From Nitrososphaerota archaeon (GTDB lineage: Archaea; Thermoproteota; Nitrososphaeria_A; Caldarchaeales; Caldarchaeaceae): 64,000 nucleotides of DNA. A program made the position numbers and the translations under genes. Every line of letters begins with the position of its first letter. The first letter of the stretch is position 1. A model generated the notes under the pieces. That model made no database searches. It worked only from the letters and a program-made list of their open reading frames with translations, and had not been told where the DNA came from. The DNA lies in NCBI GenBank assembly GCA_041641305.1, contig JBEPYN010000003.1, forward strand, positions 1 through 64,000, written 5' to 3'. Shown here in pieces: positions 10,173-19,049 of this stretch.

Positions 10173-11363
10173 TTGAGCTCCCCCAGCGTGGCGACACCCC
10201 GTAAGGGCCGGTACTCTGTTAGGAGACGCGGTGACATGACGGTGGGGGCGCTTGTTCTCCTCGCGGTAACCTTAGCCATTGGCTTTTTCATATGGGGGTT
10301 TTCGCTGAGCTGGATGGGGATTTCATTCAACGATTTATCCAATAGCCTTAATCGATCTGTTTTGCAGGTTAAGACCTCTGCACAGCTTTCTTTTGAGGCG
10401 ATAAACTACACCACTTCTGGAAGAATTGCTATAGTGAGAAACGTTGCTGATGTTCCAGTTACGTTGACGAGGGTTGAGATTGTTACGCCTGAGGGTTATC
10501 TGCGTGCTTTTTATCCATCCGCTGGATTCGCGAACTTGTCAAAGCTCATGCCGAGGCAAAATGTTACCTTAACAGATGTAGAGATACCACTTTGCGGTGT
10601 TTGTGTTGGTGGGGAAAGGCTGAAGCTTAGGGTGTGGTATGTTGCTTCTGATTTGTTTGACGAGGCGAACCCTGTGTTCTCAGCTGATGAGATGAAGTAC
10701 GTTGAGACCATTTTTATCTATCCCGGCGGTTCTCCACCCTCTGCTTGCCAGATTCCAGAGGGGCAGAAGTGGATGTTCATTGATGTGATTGACCCTATTA
10801 CGTTCACGGATTCAGGCCGCATACCGGATTCCCCCAATAATCGTTTGTTTGTGAGGGCGCCCTTCGCATCTCATTCTGAGGATGTTTTGCTCAACGTGGT
10901 TGTCGTAAATGCCTCTGGAGCTGTGGGAGGTGTTTCAGGCATGGTGCCATCAATTGGGAACAGTATTGTGGAGTTGACGGGGCCGATAGGTGGGTTTGTT
11001 GTTCCTCTTAACATAACTGTTGACGCTTCTGGGTTTGAGGTGGTTCAGAGGTTCTGGCGGCTGGGCGGCATACCATACAGAGCTCATGCATCGGGTGTGC
11101 AGCTCTGGTGGTCATTTGACACGGCGACGAATCAGAGGTTGCTTAACGTTGTTATGGTTGAACTCGGTGTCAACGACCTTGTAGGAGGTAGTTTCGTCAT
11201 TACCCTGAGGCTTAAAGACTGTGTCGGAAACACGATATACATCGCCTCTAATACTGTGAATTTGCCTCGTGGAATTTTCAGTGATTCGGTGTTTTTCGAC
11301 GTATCTCCGCCGGTGCGGATGGATGACGTGTATGAGATTATTGTTGAGGTGGATCAGGCGTGA
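10173..11363 (+). CDS. Large pilin-like protein with class III signal peptide
   Basis: RRRG|DMTVGALVLLAVTLAIGFFIWG; VRNVADVPV pilin-like strand; start probably TTG 10173 (track gives 10161). Confidence 0.7.
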   Translation: MSSPSVATPRKGRYSVRRRGDMTVGALVLLAVTLAIGFFIWGFSLSWMGISFNDLSNSLNRSVLQVKTSAQLSFEAINYTTSGRIAIVRNVADVPVTLTRVEIVTPEGYLRAFYPSAGFANLSKLMPRQNVTLTDVEIPLCGVCVGGERLKLRVWYVASDLFDEANPVFSADEMKYVETIFIYPGGSPPSACQIPEGQKWMFIDVIDPITFTDSGRIPDSPNNRLFVRAPFASHSEDVLLNVVVVNASGAVGGVSGMVPSIGNSIVELTGPIGGFVVPLNITVDASGFEVVQRFWRLGGIPYRAHASGVQLWWSFDTATNQRLLNVVMVELGVNDLVGGSFVITLRLKDCVGNTIYIASNTVNLPRGIFSDSVFFDVSPPVRMDDVYEIIVEVDQA

Positions 11364-13060
11364 GGCGTCGAAGGGGACTTGGCGAGGTTGTCGGCATGGC
11401 TATCGTCACATCTGTGATTGTGATGATAGGTGTTGGGCTTTGGTATTTTCTGTTCAGCCACGCCACTGTTCAGGGTAGCGAGAAAGTGGCTTTTCTGGGC
11501 GGGAACGCTCTTCTTCTACGCTCGAATCTGGGAGCTGATTATGTTCACTACCCTGATACAATTTATGGACAGGGCACGGGTAGTATTTTGCTGAGGAACG
11601 TGGGTCAGGAGCCTGTTGTTGTCTTCCGGCTCATAACAATATACAACGGCTCCGTGGTAGTCGACACCGGTGTTGCCGAGATTGCGAGAATTCCAGTAGG
11701 CGGGTTCAAGCAGCTTTTATTCTCATGTCCATCTACAGTCTGCACAGATACATCCCTGGTTACGCTGCAGGTGCATTACCTTCCAGAACAGCTTTTTGAC
11801 CTTGAGGACCCTAGGCTGCGGAGCCATTATTCCGAGACCGAGCTATACAAGATAGCGAGTTTCCAAGCCGTGACCCCCGTGGCAGGACTCGGCAACACAT
11901 GCACGGTCAACACGGAGAACTGGATTCTTGTCGAGCTGGTCGACCCAAAGGAGGACTCTATTTATGGCGACTCGACAGATTTTATCAAGATTAGAGTGCT
12001 GAATGCCAGCGTTGTTCTGCCATCGTACCATCTCGCCGTAACCGTCACCGACCACAATAATGTTGAGGCCAGTGGTAGCGTGACCATTAACGGTACTTTG
12101 CCTCAGGAGGTTTATGTTAGGCTTGACAAGGGTGGGCTTGTGCCTCCTTTTGATGTCGAGATATATTCGCTGGACCCCGGTTTCAGTGTCTATTCATCGA
12201 GTTGGAACCTTGGGAACAGTTTTGGGAATTTCCTCGATTATATTAAGCTTAGAATTGATTTGACGCGTTTGACTGTTGATGAAGTTATTTTATCTATGGG
12301 TTTCTATGAGAGCGGAGAGTATGAGTTAATGGTTGAGGTTTATGATTGTAATGGCCGCTTGGCCACGATGGGCAGCATGTTTATCAACATAACAACAGGT
12401 GGATTAGCTGGCTATTTTGAGCAGTATAGCATCGTGTTGAGACCTCCTGTGAGTGTGTTCAACATAGGTCGTATTGTTTTCAGAGCAGTTGACCATACAC
12501 CCTATGTGACGGTAACGTACACCCTATACATTACCTCAACAGTTACGCGAACGACCACAACTACAACCTATACAACCTCAACTGAGACGGAGGTCGTTAG
12601 CACGACAATAACCACAACTATTACACTTGTGCGGCCATCAACGACCACGACCACGACAAGTACAATAACACGTACAACCACAACCGTGGGGTCAACCTTC
12701 ACATCCTACATCACGAGGACTACCAGCACAACCACCTACACCGCAACCATCACCCGGACACAGACAATTACTTCTACTTCCACTTCCTATAGCCCGACTA
12801 TAACCCAAACACAGACATCCACCTCGACTAGCTACACCACAACGAGGACCACGGTGACAACGTCTACTACTTGGAGAACTGCAACCACCACAACCACGAC
12901 AACGACCACAACAACCATTACGGGCGGTGGAGGAGCTATGCAGTACTTTCTTGCATCTGATAGAGGGCCGTCTTATTCGCTATGGTGGATTTATTATGTT
13001 GTGGCGGCCTCCATTCTTCCAGCTCCTCTTAGCAGGTTGGTGAGGTGGTGGAATAGATGA
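11360..13060 (+). CDS. Large pilin-like protein: class III signal peptide, globular domains, ~140-aa Thr-rich tract, C-terminal hydrophobic segment
   Basis: MRRRRG|LGEVVGMAIVTSVIVMIGVGLW; LLRNVGQEPV; Thr tract; GGGGA then SLWWIYYVVAASILPAPLSRLVRWWNR; GTGA overlap with upstream gene. Confidence 0.75.
   Translation: MRRRRGLGEVVGMAIVTSVIVMIGVGLWYFLFSHATVQGSEKVAFLGGNALLLRSNLGADYVHYPDTIYGQGTGSILLRNVGQEPVVVFRLITIYNGSVVVDTGVAEIARIPVGGFKQLLFSCPSTVCTDTSLVTLQVHYLPEQLFDLEDPRLRSHYSETELYKIASFQAVTPVAGLGNTCTVNTENWILVELVDPKEDSIYGDSTDFIKIRVLNASVVLPSYHLAVTVTDHNNVEASGSVTINGTLPQEVYVRLDKGGLVPPFDVEIYSLDPGFSVYSSSWNLGNSFGNFLDYIKLRIDLTRLTVDEVILSMGFYESGEYELMVEVYDCNGRLATMGSMFINITTGGLAGYFEQYSIVLRPPVSVFNIGRIVFRAVDHTPYVTVTYTLYITSTVTRTTTTTTYTTSTETEVVSTTITTTITLVRPSTTTTTTSTITRTTTTVGSTFTSYITRTTSTTTYTATITRTQTITSTSTSYSPTITQTQTSTSTSYTTTRTTVTTSTTWRTATTTTTTTTTTTITGGGGAMQYFLASDRGPSYSLWWIYYVVAASILPAPLSRLVRWWNR
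12503..12922 (+). repeat. Low-complexity ACN-codon (Thr) tract with imperfect [IV]TRT and TSTSTSY repeats
   Basis: Visible in the sequence, e.g. TITRTQTITSTSTSY followed by TITQTQTSTSTSY. Confidence 0.8.
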
Positions 13061-13563
13061 GAAACGGAAAGATGGTGTTAACGCTTATTATTTTGGCGCT
13101 TTGTCTGGTGGGGCTGACGGCGACGGTCATTGGGCAAACCTATAGAACCACGACAACGACCGTGACCTCAACCACCACAACAACCTCATGGGTCACGGAG
13201 ACAACCACGTCAACAATCGTCTCCACCGAAGAGAGCACCAAAACGTCCTACACCTTCAGGTACACTACCACTACAAGTGGTACATCTACCCTTGTTCTAT
13301 GGACAACTTCAACCACGACTAGAACTGTGACCACCACCACTACAGTAATCAATTGGGCTACTATGGTGATTTCGAGTGTGACGACAACCTGGACGACAAT
13401 ATACACAAATACAACCGTTACCGTTCCCACAACCACGACGACCACCTCTACAACGGTACTCCTGACAGACAGTTATACAACCAGCACCGCAGCCACAACC
13501 GCTACAACAACCATAACCGTAACCATCACAACAACAACTACGCGTACGGGAGTTGGAAACTAG
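13057..13563 (+). CDS. Secreted, extremely Thr-rich protein
   Basis: Sec-type signal MRNGKMVLTLIILALCLVGLTATVIG, then ~140 aa dominated by Thr with Ser/Val/Ile/Tyr/Trp; ATGA coupling to upstream gene. Confidence 0.75.
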   Translation: MRNGKMVLTLIILALCLVGLTATVIGQTYRTTTTTVTSTTTTTSWVTETTTSTIVSTEESTKTSYTFRYTTTTSGTSTLVLWTTSTTTRTVTTTTTVINWATMVISSVTTTWTTIYTNTTVTVPTTTTTTSTTVLLTDSYTTSTAATTATTTITVTITTTTTRTGVGN

Positions 13564-13564
13564 T

Positions 13565-14836
13565 ATGAGGCGCAGAAGCTCGGGCGTGTCCGCTGTTGTC
13601 GGCACAGCCATAGGGTTGATGATTTTCTTCACGGTGGTTATCCCGATGTGGATTTACATGCAGAATATCCAGACGTTGTTTATGGATGAGGTTTCGCGTA
13701 GGATGAGGCAGGAGATTGAGAAGGTTAACGAGAGGTTGGAGCTTCATGTGGCTTTGCAGCCGCCCGAGCTTCATCCTTTCCAGAGGTCGCGGCTGTTTCT
13801 CTACGTTGTGAACAAGTCTCCCGTCGAGGTTGATGTGCCGGTTATCTATATTGAGAGTAACAAGATTGGTTTGCAGCGGATTGACAGTGTTTTGAAGCTG
13901 GCTCCGGGTGAGAGGATTGAGCGTCCTGTGCTTGATTATGTGCTTGAGCCGGATGAGGTTGTTGTGGTGCGGCTGCCGACTTTGAGGGGTAACAGTTTCG
14001 CGACGGGGGAGATTGGGCCGACAAAGCTCCCATACATGATGATTGTGCAGGTGAATAACGCCAGCTTCGGGCAATGGGTTAACCTACGGGTGAGTGTTGT
14101 CAACGTCGGTGACATCAACAAGGTGGTTGGCTGTGTAGCGATGGCGACGGATGAGTTTGCGACAGGGTGCCGAGGGTCTGCAGAGGTTTGGAAATTTATA
14201 TCCTCGCCAGATGACTTGAGCGTTTTCGCCGGGTTCGCGGTATCTCCTGGACGGTATCAAATCAAAGTGCTGCAGTGCAGGAGCTATGGGTCAGAATGTG
14301 TGGATGCCTTGACCGAGCCAGCTGTGGTGAATGTTATGGGCAACGTGGTTGTTGAGGTTAATTCGGGCATAGGCTCCTCGGTGTCTAAGCCTTTGCCCCT
14401 ACGGGTTAAGCCACTTGTGCCGTTTTACACCTTTGTGGCTGGACCTGCCAATGACATCGCCATAGTGTCTGTGCCGTTCATCCTCTATCTCGGAAACAAC
14501 ACCGAGCCGCTTTTCAACGTGAAAGTCACCACGGAAATCCTGATGGAAGACAACCTAACCAGCTCCATCACCCAACCACAGGTCACAGTTTACAGGATTT
14601 CACCAGGCGAAACATATTTCGGCAGCTTCGAGCTCAAAGTCGCCGACGAAAACGACAACAGAAGCTACGGCGGATACCTGGTTTACAGACTCACCATAAC
14701 CGAGGCGATTGGGCAAGTAACACGTGCAACGTATTCCACAAACGACTTCCAGATGGGACAGGTCGAGGGAACACTGGTTTACTGCAGATGGTGGACATAC
14801 AAAAACATAACATTAACCAGCTGCAGAACACCATAA
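13565..14836 (+). CDS. Large pilin-like protein with class III signal peptide
   Basis: MRRRSSG|VSAVVGTAIGLMIFFTVVIP; RMRQEIEKVNERLEL helix; YVVNKSPVEV and VRLPTLRGNSF resemble archaeal minor pilins. Confidence 0.75.
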   Translation: MRRRSSGVSAVVGTAIGLMIFFTVVIPMWIYMQNIQTLFMDEVSRRMRQEIEKVNERLELHVALQPPELHPFQRSRLFLYVVNKSPVEVDVPVIYIESNKIGLQRIDSVLKLAPGERIERPVLDYVLEPDEVVVVRLPTLRGNSFATGEIGPTKLPYMMIVQVNNASFGQWVNLRVSVVNVGDINKVVGCVAMATDEFATGCRGSAEVWKFISSPDDLSVFAGFAVSPGRYQIKVLQCRSYGSECVDALTEPAVVNVMGNVVVEVNSGIGSSVSKPLPLRVKPLVPFYTFVAGPANDIAIVSVPFILYLGNNTEPLFNVKVTTEILMEDNLTSSITQPQVTVYRISPGETYFGSFELKVADENDNRSYGGYLVYRLTITEAIGQVTRATYSTNDFQMGQVEGTLVYCRWWTYKNITLTSCRTP

Positions 14837-14869
14837 AAAATAAGCTAAAGTGTTAATTAAAATGGGGTT

Positions 14870-15325
14870 TTACGTGCACGATAGAGTCGCAGAAGTTGGG
14901 TTCCATGGGGCTGCGCCTGTTCCTTGTGTTGCTAGAAGTGCTGTTGGATACTGTTTTCCACCGCTAGAGCTGAAGATGATTTCAACAGTGACACCGGGTG
15001 GAGGAGGAGGCGTGACGGTTACTGTACATGTTCTTGTCTGTCCTGGGCCTAAGGAATATGGGGTCGATGGTGTTCCTACAGCTCTACCATTTACGACAAC
15101 CTGTATAAGGGCTGTGTCTGCACTACCAGTGTTTCTGAGAATCACCTGAAACTGGTTACCCCCAGTCTGTATAGCTGACACTATCTCGACTCTCTCGAAC
15201 CTCGTGAAGATACCGACGAGGCCCGACGCCCAGAAGGCCACGGCAATCGCTATCACTATAGCAACGGCTACAAGTATCACAGTCGCGACGACCGGGCTAA
15301 TGCCCGCGCTCTTTCTTCTCACCAT
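14870..15325 (-). CDS. Archaeal type IV major pilin (Pilin_N/DUF1628-like)
   Basis: MVRRKSAG|ISPVVATVILVAVAIVIAIAVAFW; LRNTGS. Confidence 0.9.
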   Translation of the reverse strand: MVRRKSAGISPVVATVILVAVAIVIAIAVAFWASGLVGIFTRFERVEIVSAIQTGGNQFQVILRNTGSADTALIQVVVNGRAVGTPSTPYSLGPGQTRTCTVTVTPPPPPGVTVEIIFSSSGGKQYPTALLATQGTGAAPWNPTSATLSCT

Positions 15326-15430
15326 AGCAAAATGGCCTCAGTAGAAGCATAAAAGAATTTCTCAGCCTTATTTCATCGGAAAATGATTAAAACCAACTGG
15401 TCTAATTAAGGGGGTCTAGGTTTGGCCAAC

Positions 15431-15443
15431 AAAAGCTTATATC
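15431..15443 (+). promoter_or_regulatory. BRE/TATA promoter of tadC
   Basis: AAAAGCTTATATC; TATA 32 nt upstream of ATG 15469; preceded by the palindrome TTGGCCAA. Confidence 0.55.
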
Positions 15444-15468
15444 GGCATCAAAGGCCTGTTCTGGTTGG

Positions 15469-17238
15469 ATGGGTTTCTCAGATACCTTCTCAAGCTTCGC
15501 CTACAACAACTTCCTAACCATAGGGCGAGCTCTCCTCCGAATAGCTCCCTCGATTCCCGCACGGATTGAGAGTGCAGGCAAACGCATCCACCCGGAGGTC
15601 TTCGCCTCAACAGTCGGAGGAATAACCATCATATCCGCTCTGGTTGCAACTCCACTTTCCATCCTGCTATTCTTGGTTACAGGAAACCCTTTGGCCCTGC
15701 TTGTAGCCACCGTACCGGTCTTCGCCCTGCTCATCGGCATAGTCACACCATTCGTCTGGGCCTCCTCAGCAGCCTCACTCCTCGAAAGCGAAGTCCCATA
15801 CGCCGCCAGCTATCTCGCAGTAATGTCAACCGGCGGCATACCCCCCTACAAAAGCCTGATACGGCTAGCCAACAGCCAACTAATGCCAAACATAGCCAAA
15901 GCCGCCAAACTCGCCGAACTCAACGTCACAGTAGGAGGGCTTGACCCTGTCACAGCCGTCGAGAGAATGGCCAAAGGCGTGCCATCGAAAGAATACAAGG
16001 ATTTGATGCTCGGCTACGCATCCACACTCCGAAGCGGAGGAGACGTCGTCCACTACCTCATCAGAAAAACCGAGCAAATCTTCACATCCCGTATGGGCAA
16101 AATGAGAATCGTCGGCGAACGCATGGGCATGATGATGGAGGGCTTCGCAGCTGTCACCATGATGCTCTCCCTCGTCCTCTTCACCATATACATAGTCTCG
16201 CGCGCACTCCCCAGCGAATTCCTCATAATGCCATCTGAACAATTCGTGCTAATAGCATACCTGATTCTCCCAGGATTATCAGCACTATTCATCTACCTCG
16301 CCGACATCAGCCAGCCAAAATACCCCGTAGGCGACTCACGCCCAATGAAAACACTTCTCCTCACCATGCCCTTCGCCTTCGCCTTCGCAGCACTCTTCGT
16401 ACTCCCCTTCTTCATAACGGAGCTACAGGCTATGCCCATCTTCGACACCACATCAAACATGATAAAACAGCTAAGGGCTATGACAGGGCTCGAAATGGGC
16501 TACGAATCCTCAATAGCCCTCGTCCTGTTCTTCGTCATCCTTTTCCTGCCCGGCGCAGTAGCCTACCAGAAATACGGCACAGAAAACTTCTCAGTCATGC
16601 ATGGTCTCACACTATTCCTCAGAGACCTGACGGAGGCGAGAAAAACCGGCCTCAGCCCAGAACGCTGCATAGTCGACCTAGCGAGAAACAGCTACGGCGC
16701 ATTCAGCAAACACCTCAAGATAATCGCAAGACAAATCGGATGGGGAATACCCCTACGAAAAATCTACGAAGACTTCGCGAAAAGAACCCATGGATGGCTC
16801 GAGAAAGCAGGTGTCTTTATCCTCGTCGACGCGATAGACGTCGGGGGAGGAGCGCCGGAGACATTCGAAGTATTGGCATCCTTTTCGGAAGACCTCGAGG
16901 AAATAGAGAGACAGAAACGCGCAACCCTGAAACCTCTCATGCTCATACCCTACATCACAGCCCTCATGCTCATCATAGTAGTCGTCATACTAGTCGCCTT
17001 CATGAAAAACCTCCTAACTCTCGCCCGACTCAGCATATCAACCGCCGAATTCGTACACTTCTTCCTGCCCCCGGTAATCATAATAGCGGCCATCAGCGGA
17101 CTTGTCGCAGGAAAAATATCCAGCTCAACAGTTGCCGGAGGATTCAAACACGCAGTCATAATGTCGCTGCTCGGACTGGTGGCCATATATGCCTCTGGAA
17201 CCATAGCTATCCAAATGTTCCAGCTACCAACAGCCTAG
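15469..17238 (+). CDS. Type IV pilus membrane platform protein (TadC/ArlJ-like, two T2SSF domains)
   Basis: ESEVPYAASYLAVMSTGGIP, STLRSGGD, FLRDLTEARKTGLSP, DAIDVGGG, GLVAGKISS...GFKH; many TM helices. Confidence 0.9.
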   Translation: MGFSDTFSSFAYNNFLTIGRALLRIAPSIPARIESAGKRIHPEVFASTVGGITIISALVATPLSILLFLVTGNPLALLVATVPVFALLIGIVTPFVWASSAASLLESEVPYAASYLAVMSTGGIPPYKSLIRLANSQLMPNIAKAAKLAELNVTVGGLDPVTAVERMAKGVPSKEYKDLMLGYASTLRSGGDVVHYLIRKTEQIFTSRMGKMRIVGERMGMMMEGFAAVTMMLSLVLFTIYIVSRALPSEFLIMPSEQFVLIAYLILPGLSALFIYLADISQPKYPVGDSRPMKTLLLTMPFAFAFAALFVLPFFITELQAMPIFDTTSNMIKQLRAMTGLEMGYESSIALVLFFVILFLPGAVAYQKYGTENFSVMHGLTLFLRDLTEARKTGLSPERCIVDLARNSYGAFSKHLKIIARQIGWGIPLRKIYEDFAKRTHGWLEKAGVFILVDAIDVGGGAPETFEVLASFSEDLEEIERQKRATLKPLMLIPYITALMLIIVVVILVAFMKNLLTLARLSISTAEFVHFFLPPVIIIAAISGLVAGKISSSTVAGGFKHAVIMSLLGLVAIYASGTIAIQMFQLPTA

Positions 17239-19046
17239 CCAATCAGCTCAACAACACCTGCTACTATTTGCACACGTCCACTATCCTTCAGCCTCTTAAC
17301 GGCTTGAATCACAAGCTCACGCGGGTAAGGAGCTTTAACAAACAACTGCCAATAAGGTATCGGCCCCCCGCGTCGCAGCACTATCTCCGCCAAAAAATCC
17401 GCCGCCTGCTTAATCTCCTCCTCCGTATGTGTTTTCACCTGAGGATGAGGTGCAGCCGATGACTGGCTCACAAAAGTCTGAACAACCGGCCGCCTCAGCG
17501 AGACACCTATTTCGGAGAGAAGCTTCTCCGGGTCGGCATAGTAATTGAGAATAATTCTCGAAACATCTTTGTTGTCCATCACCTTGTTCTGCTTCATCCA
17601 CTCAAGAATCTCCTTACGTCTCCAGAGTTCAACAATCAACTGGTCCCTCGACAACCCCGTCTGAAGAGATATGCTGTCAAGCTGGAGACTGTTGGCGAAA
17701 TTGACTCTAAAAGTATCTGTTGCAGGATCCCATGTAGCGATAGTTCTATAATGATAGGCGTCTTCAAGCTCCCAGATGTATCTACATCTCCTGCCGAACG
17801 AAACACCTTTACCAGTCAACTGGACACGCTCAATCATCGCCATCGCATCTAGTAGGGAGATGTGTGTCTCAGGTATGTTCATAGGAGGGCTCATGAACCT
17901 TTTAACCGCAGATTCTATGTTTTCGGCGTGAACTGTTGAAAGGCCTCCGTGACCAGTCGCAATAGCCTGAAACAAAACAAACGTCTCCTCTCCTCTAACT
18001 TCTCCAACAATCAGGTAATCCGGCCTGTAACGCAGGCTCGTTCTAACAAGATCGAAAAGAGAGACCTGACCCCTATCAGAGGAACCAAGACCATAACTTT
18101 CACGGGTAACAAACCTAACCCAGTTTTCCCTCGGAATATTTATCTCCGCTGTCTCCTCACAAGTTACAATCTTCATCCGGGGTCTTATGAACGTGGTTAA
18201 TGCGTTTAGTAGCGTGGTTTTACCGCTGCCGGTTGCACCTATGATCATTATACTTGCTTTGTGCTCAAGCAGTAACCAGAAATAGGCACCCATCTCGCTG
18301 TTCAGAACATTTGCAACCAGCAACTCAGTGATGCTGAAGGGCCTTTCTCTGAACTTTCGAATGGTGAAGGTGCTGCCTCGAGGCGATATCTCCTCACGGA
18401 ACGTCGCCGCGAGCCGGTGCTTGCCAAAAATCATGGCATCAACTATTGGAAAGGCTGATGAGACGTGCTTACCTGCTTTGTGAGCAAGGTGAATGATGAA
18501 GTTGTCCAAAGCCTCTCTGTCCACGAAAATGATGTTCGTGGGAAGGGATTCAAAGTCTCTGTGCCATACATATATCGGGACACCTACACCGTCGCAGGAA
18601 ATATCCTCGACACGGTAGTCCTCCATCACCACGTTGACTGGCCCGAATCCCATCATGTCCCTCTCAATATAATACAGGAACTTCGCCTCTGTTTTCTCGT
18701 CGATAGAGCCCAAGCCCAACCCCGCGAGATACTTCTTCATAATCTTCTTAGTCGTCTCGATAACAGCTTTCCTAACCTCTTCTTCTTCCCCAAGCTTAGG
18801 CGGATCAAGCTCTTTGGTTAAAATCTCTTTGACTTTCTCGAGAGCAGCCTCTTCGGCGGGTGTTAGCGGCTCCTCCACAACATGGTAAATGGGCTCTGAA
18901 ACGGCGCCCGGAGGAGCTGCTATCACAACCTGCCCTATTCCTTCTTTCACATAATAGCTGTCAAGAACAACGTATTCAGGCTTTGGCGGTGACCTGATTA
19001 TTCCAGACCACTGTGAAACAATTTTCTTCTCTTTCTGTTTAGCCAT
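17235..19046 (-). CDS. Type IV pilus assembly ATPase (PilB/ArlI/TadA-like) with C-terminal extension
   Basis: EDISCDG, GSTFTIRKF, Walker A GATGSGKTT, EETAEI, LRYRPDYLIVGEVRG, ATGHGGLSTVHA. Confidence 0.93.
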   Translation of the reverse strand: MAKQKEKKIVSQWSGIIRSPPKPEYVVLDSYYVKEGIGQVVIAAPPGAVSEPIYHVVEEPLTPAEEAALEKVKEILTKELDPPKLGEEEEVRKAVIETTKKIMKKYLAGLGLGSIDEKTEAKFLYYIERDMMGFGPVNVVMEDYRVEDISCDGVGVPIYVWHRDFESLPTNIIFVDREALDNFIIHLAHKAGKHVSSAFPIVDAMIFGKHRLAATFREEISPRGSTFTIRKFRERPFSITELLVANVLNSEMGAYFWLLLEHKASIMIIGATGSGKTTLLNALTTFIRPRMKIVTCEETAEINIPRENWVRFVTRESYGLGSSDRGQVSLFDLVRTSLRYRPDYLIVGEVRGEETFVLFQAIATGHGGLSTVHAENIESAVKRFMSPPMNIPETHISLLDAMAMIERVQLTGKGVSFGRRCRYIWELEDAYHYRTIATWDPATDTFRVNFANSLQLDSISLQTGLSRDQLIVELWRRKEILEWMKQNKVMDNKDVSRIILNYYADPEKLLSEIGVSLRRPVVQTFVSQSSAAPHPQVKTHTEEEIKQAADFLAEIVLRRGGPIPYWQLFVKAPYPRELVIQAVKRLKDSGRVQIVAGVVELIG

Positions 19047-19049
19047 AGC

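Noticed and set aside
13248-13632. Val-rich, Cys/Gly-rich and His/Asn-rich ORFs
   Set aside because: Alternative-frame and antisense shadows of the ACN Thr tract
16740-17462. 240-aa ORF overlapping tadC, and similar long shadows (43788..44471, 29980..30561, 60657..61241, 58355..58906)
   Set aside because: Largely or entirely overlap well-supported genes and show no motifs
14870-19046. Archaellum operon
   Set aside because: No archaellin, ArlH or ArlF/G-like genes; the small pilin is Pilin_N type
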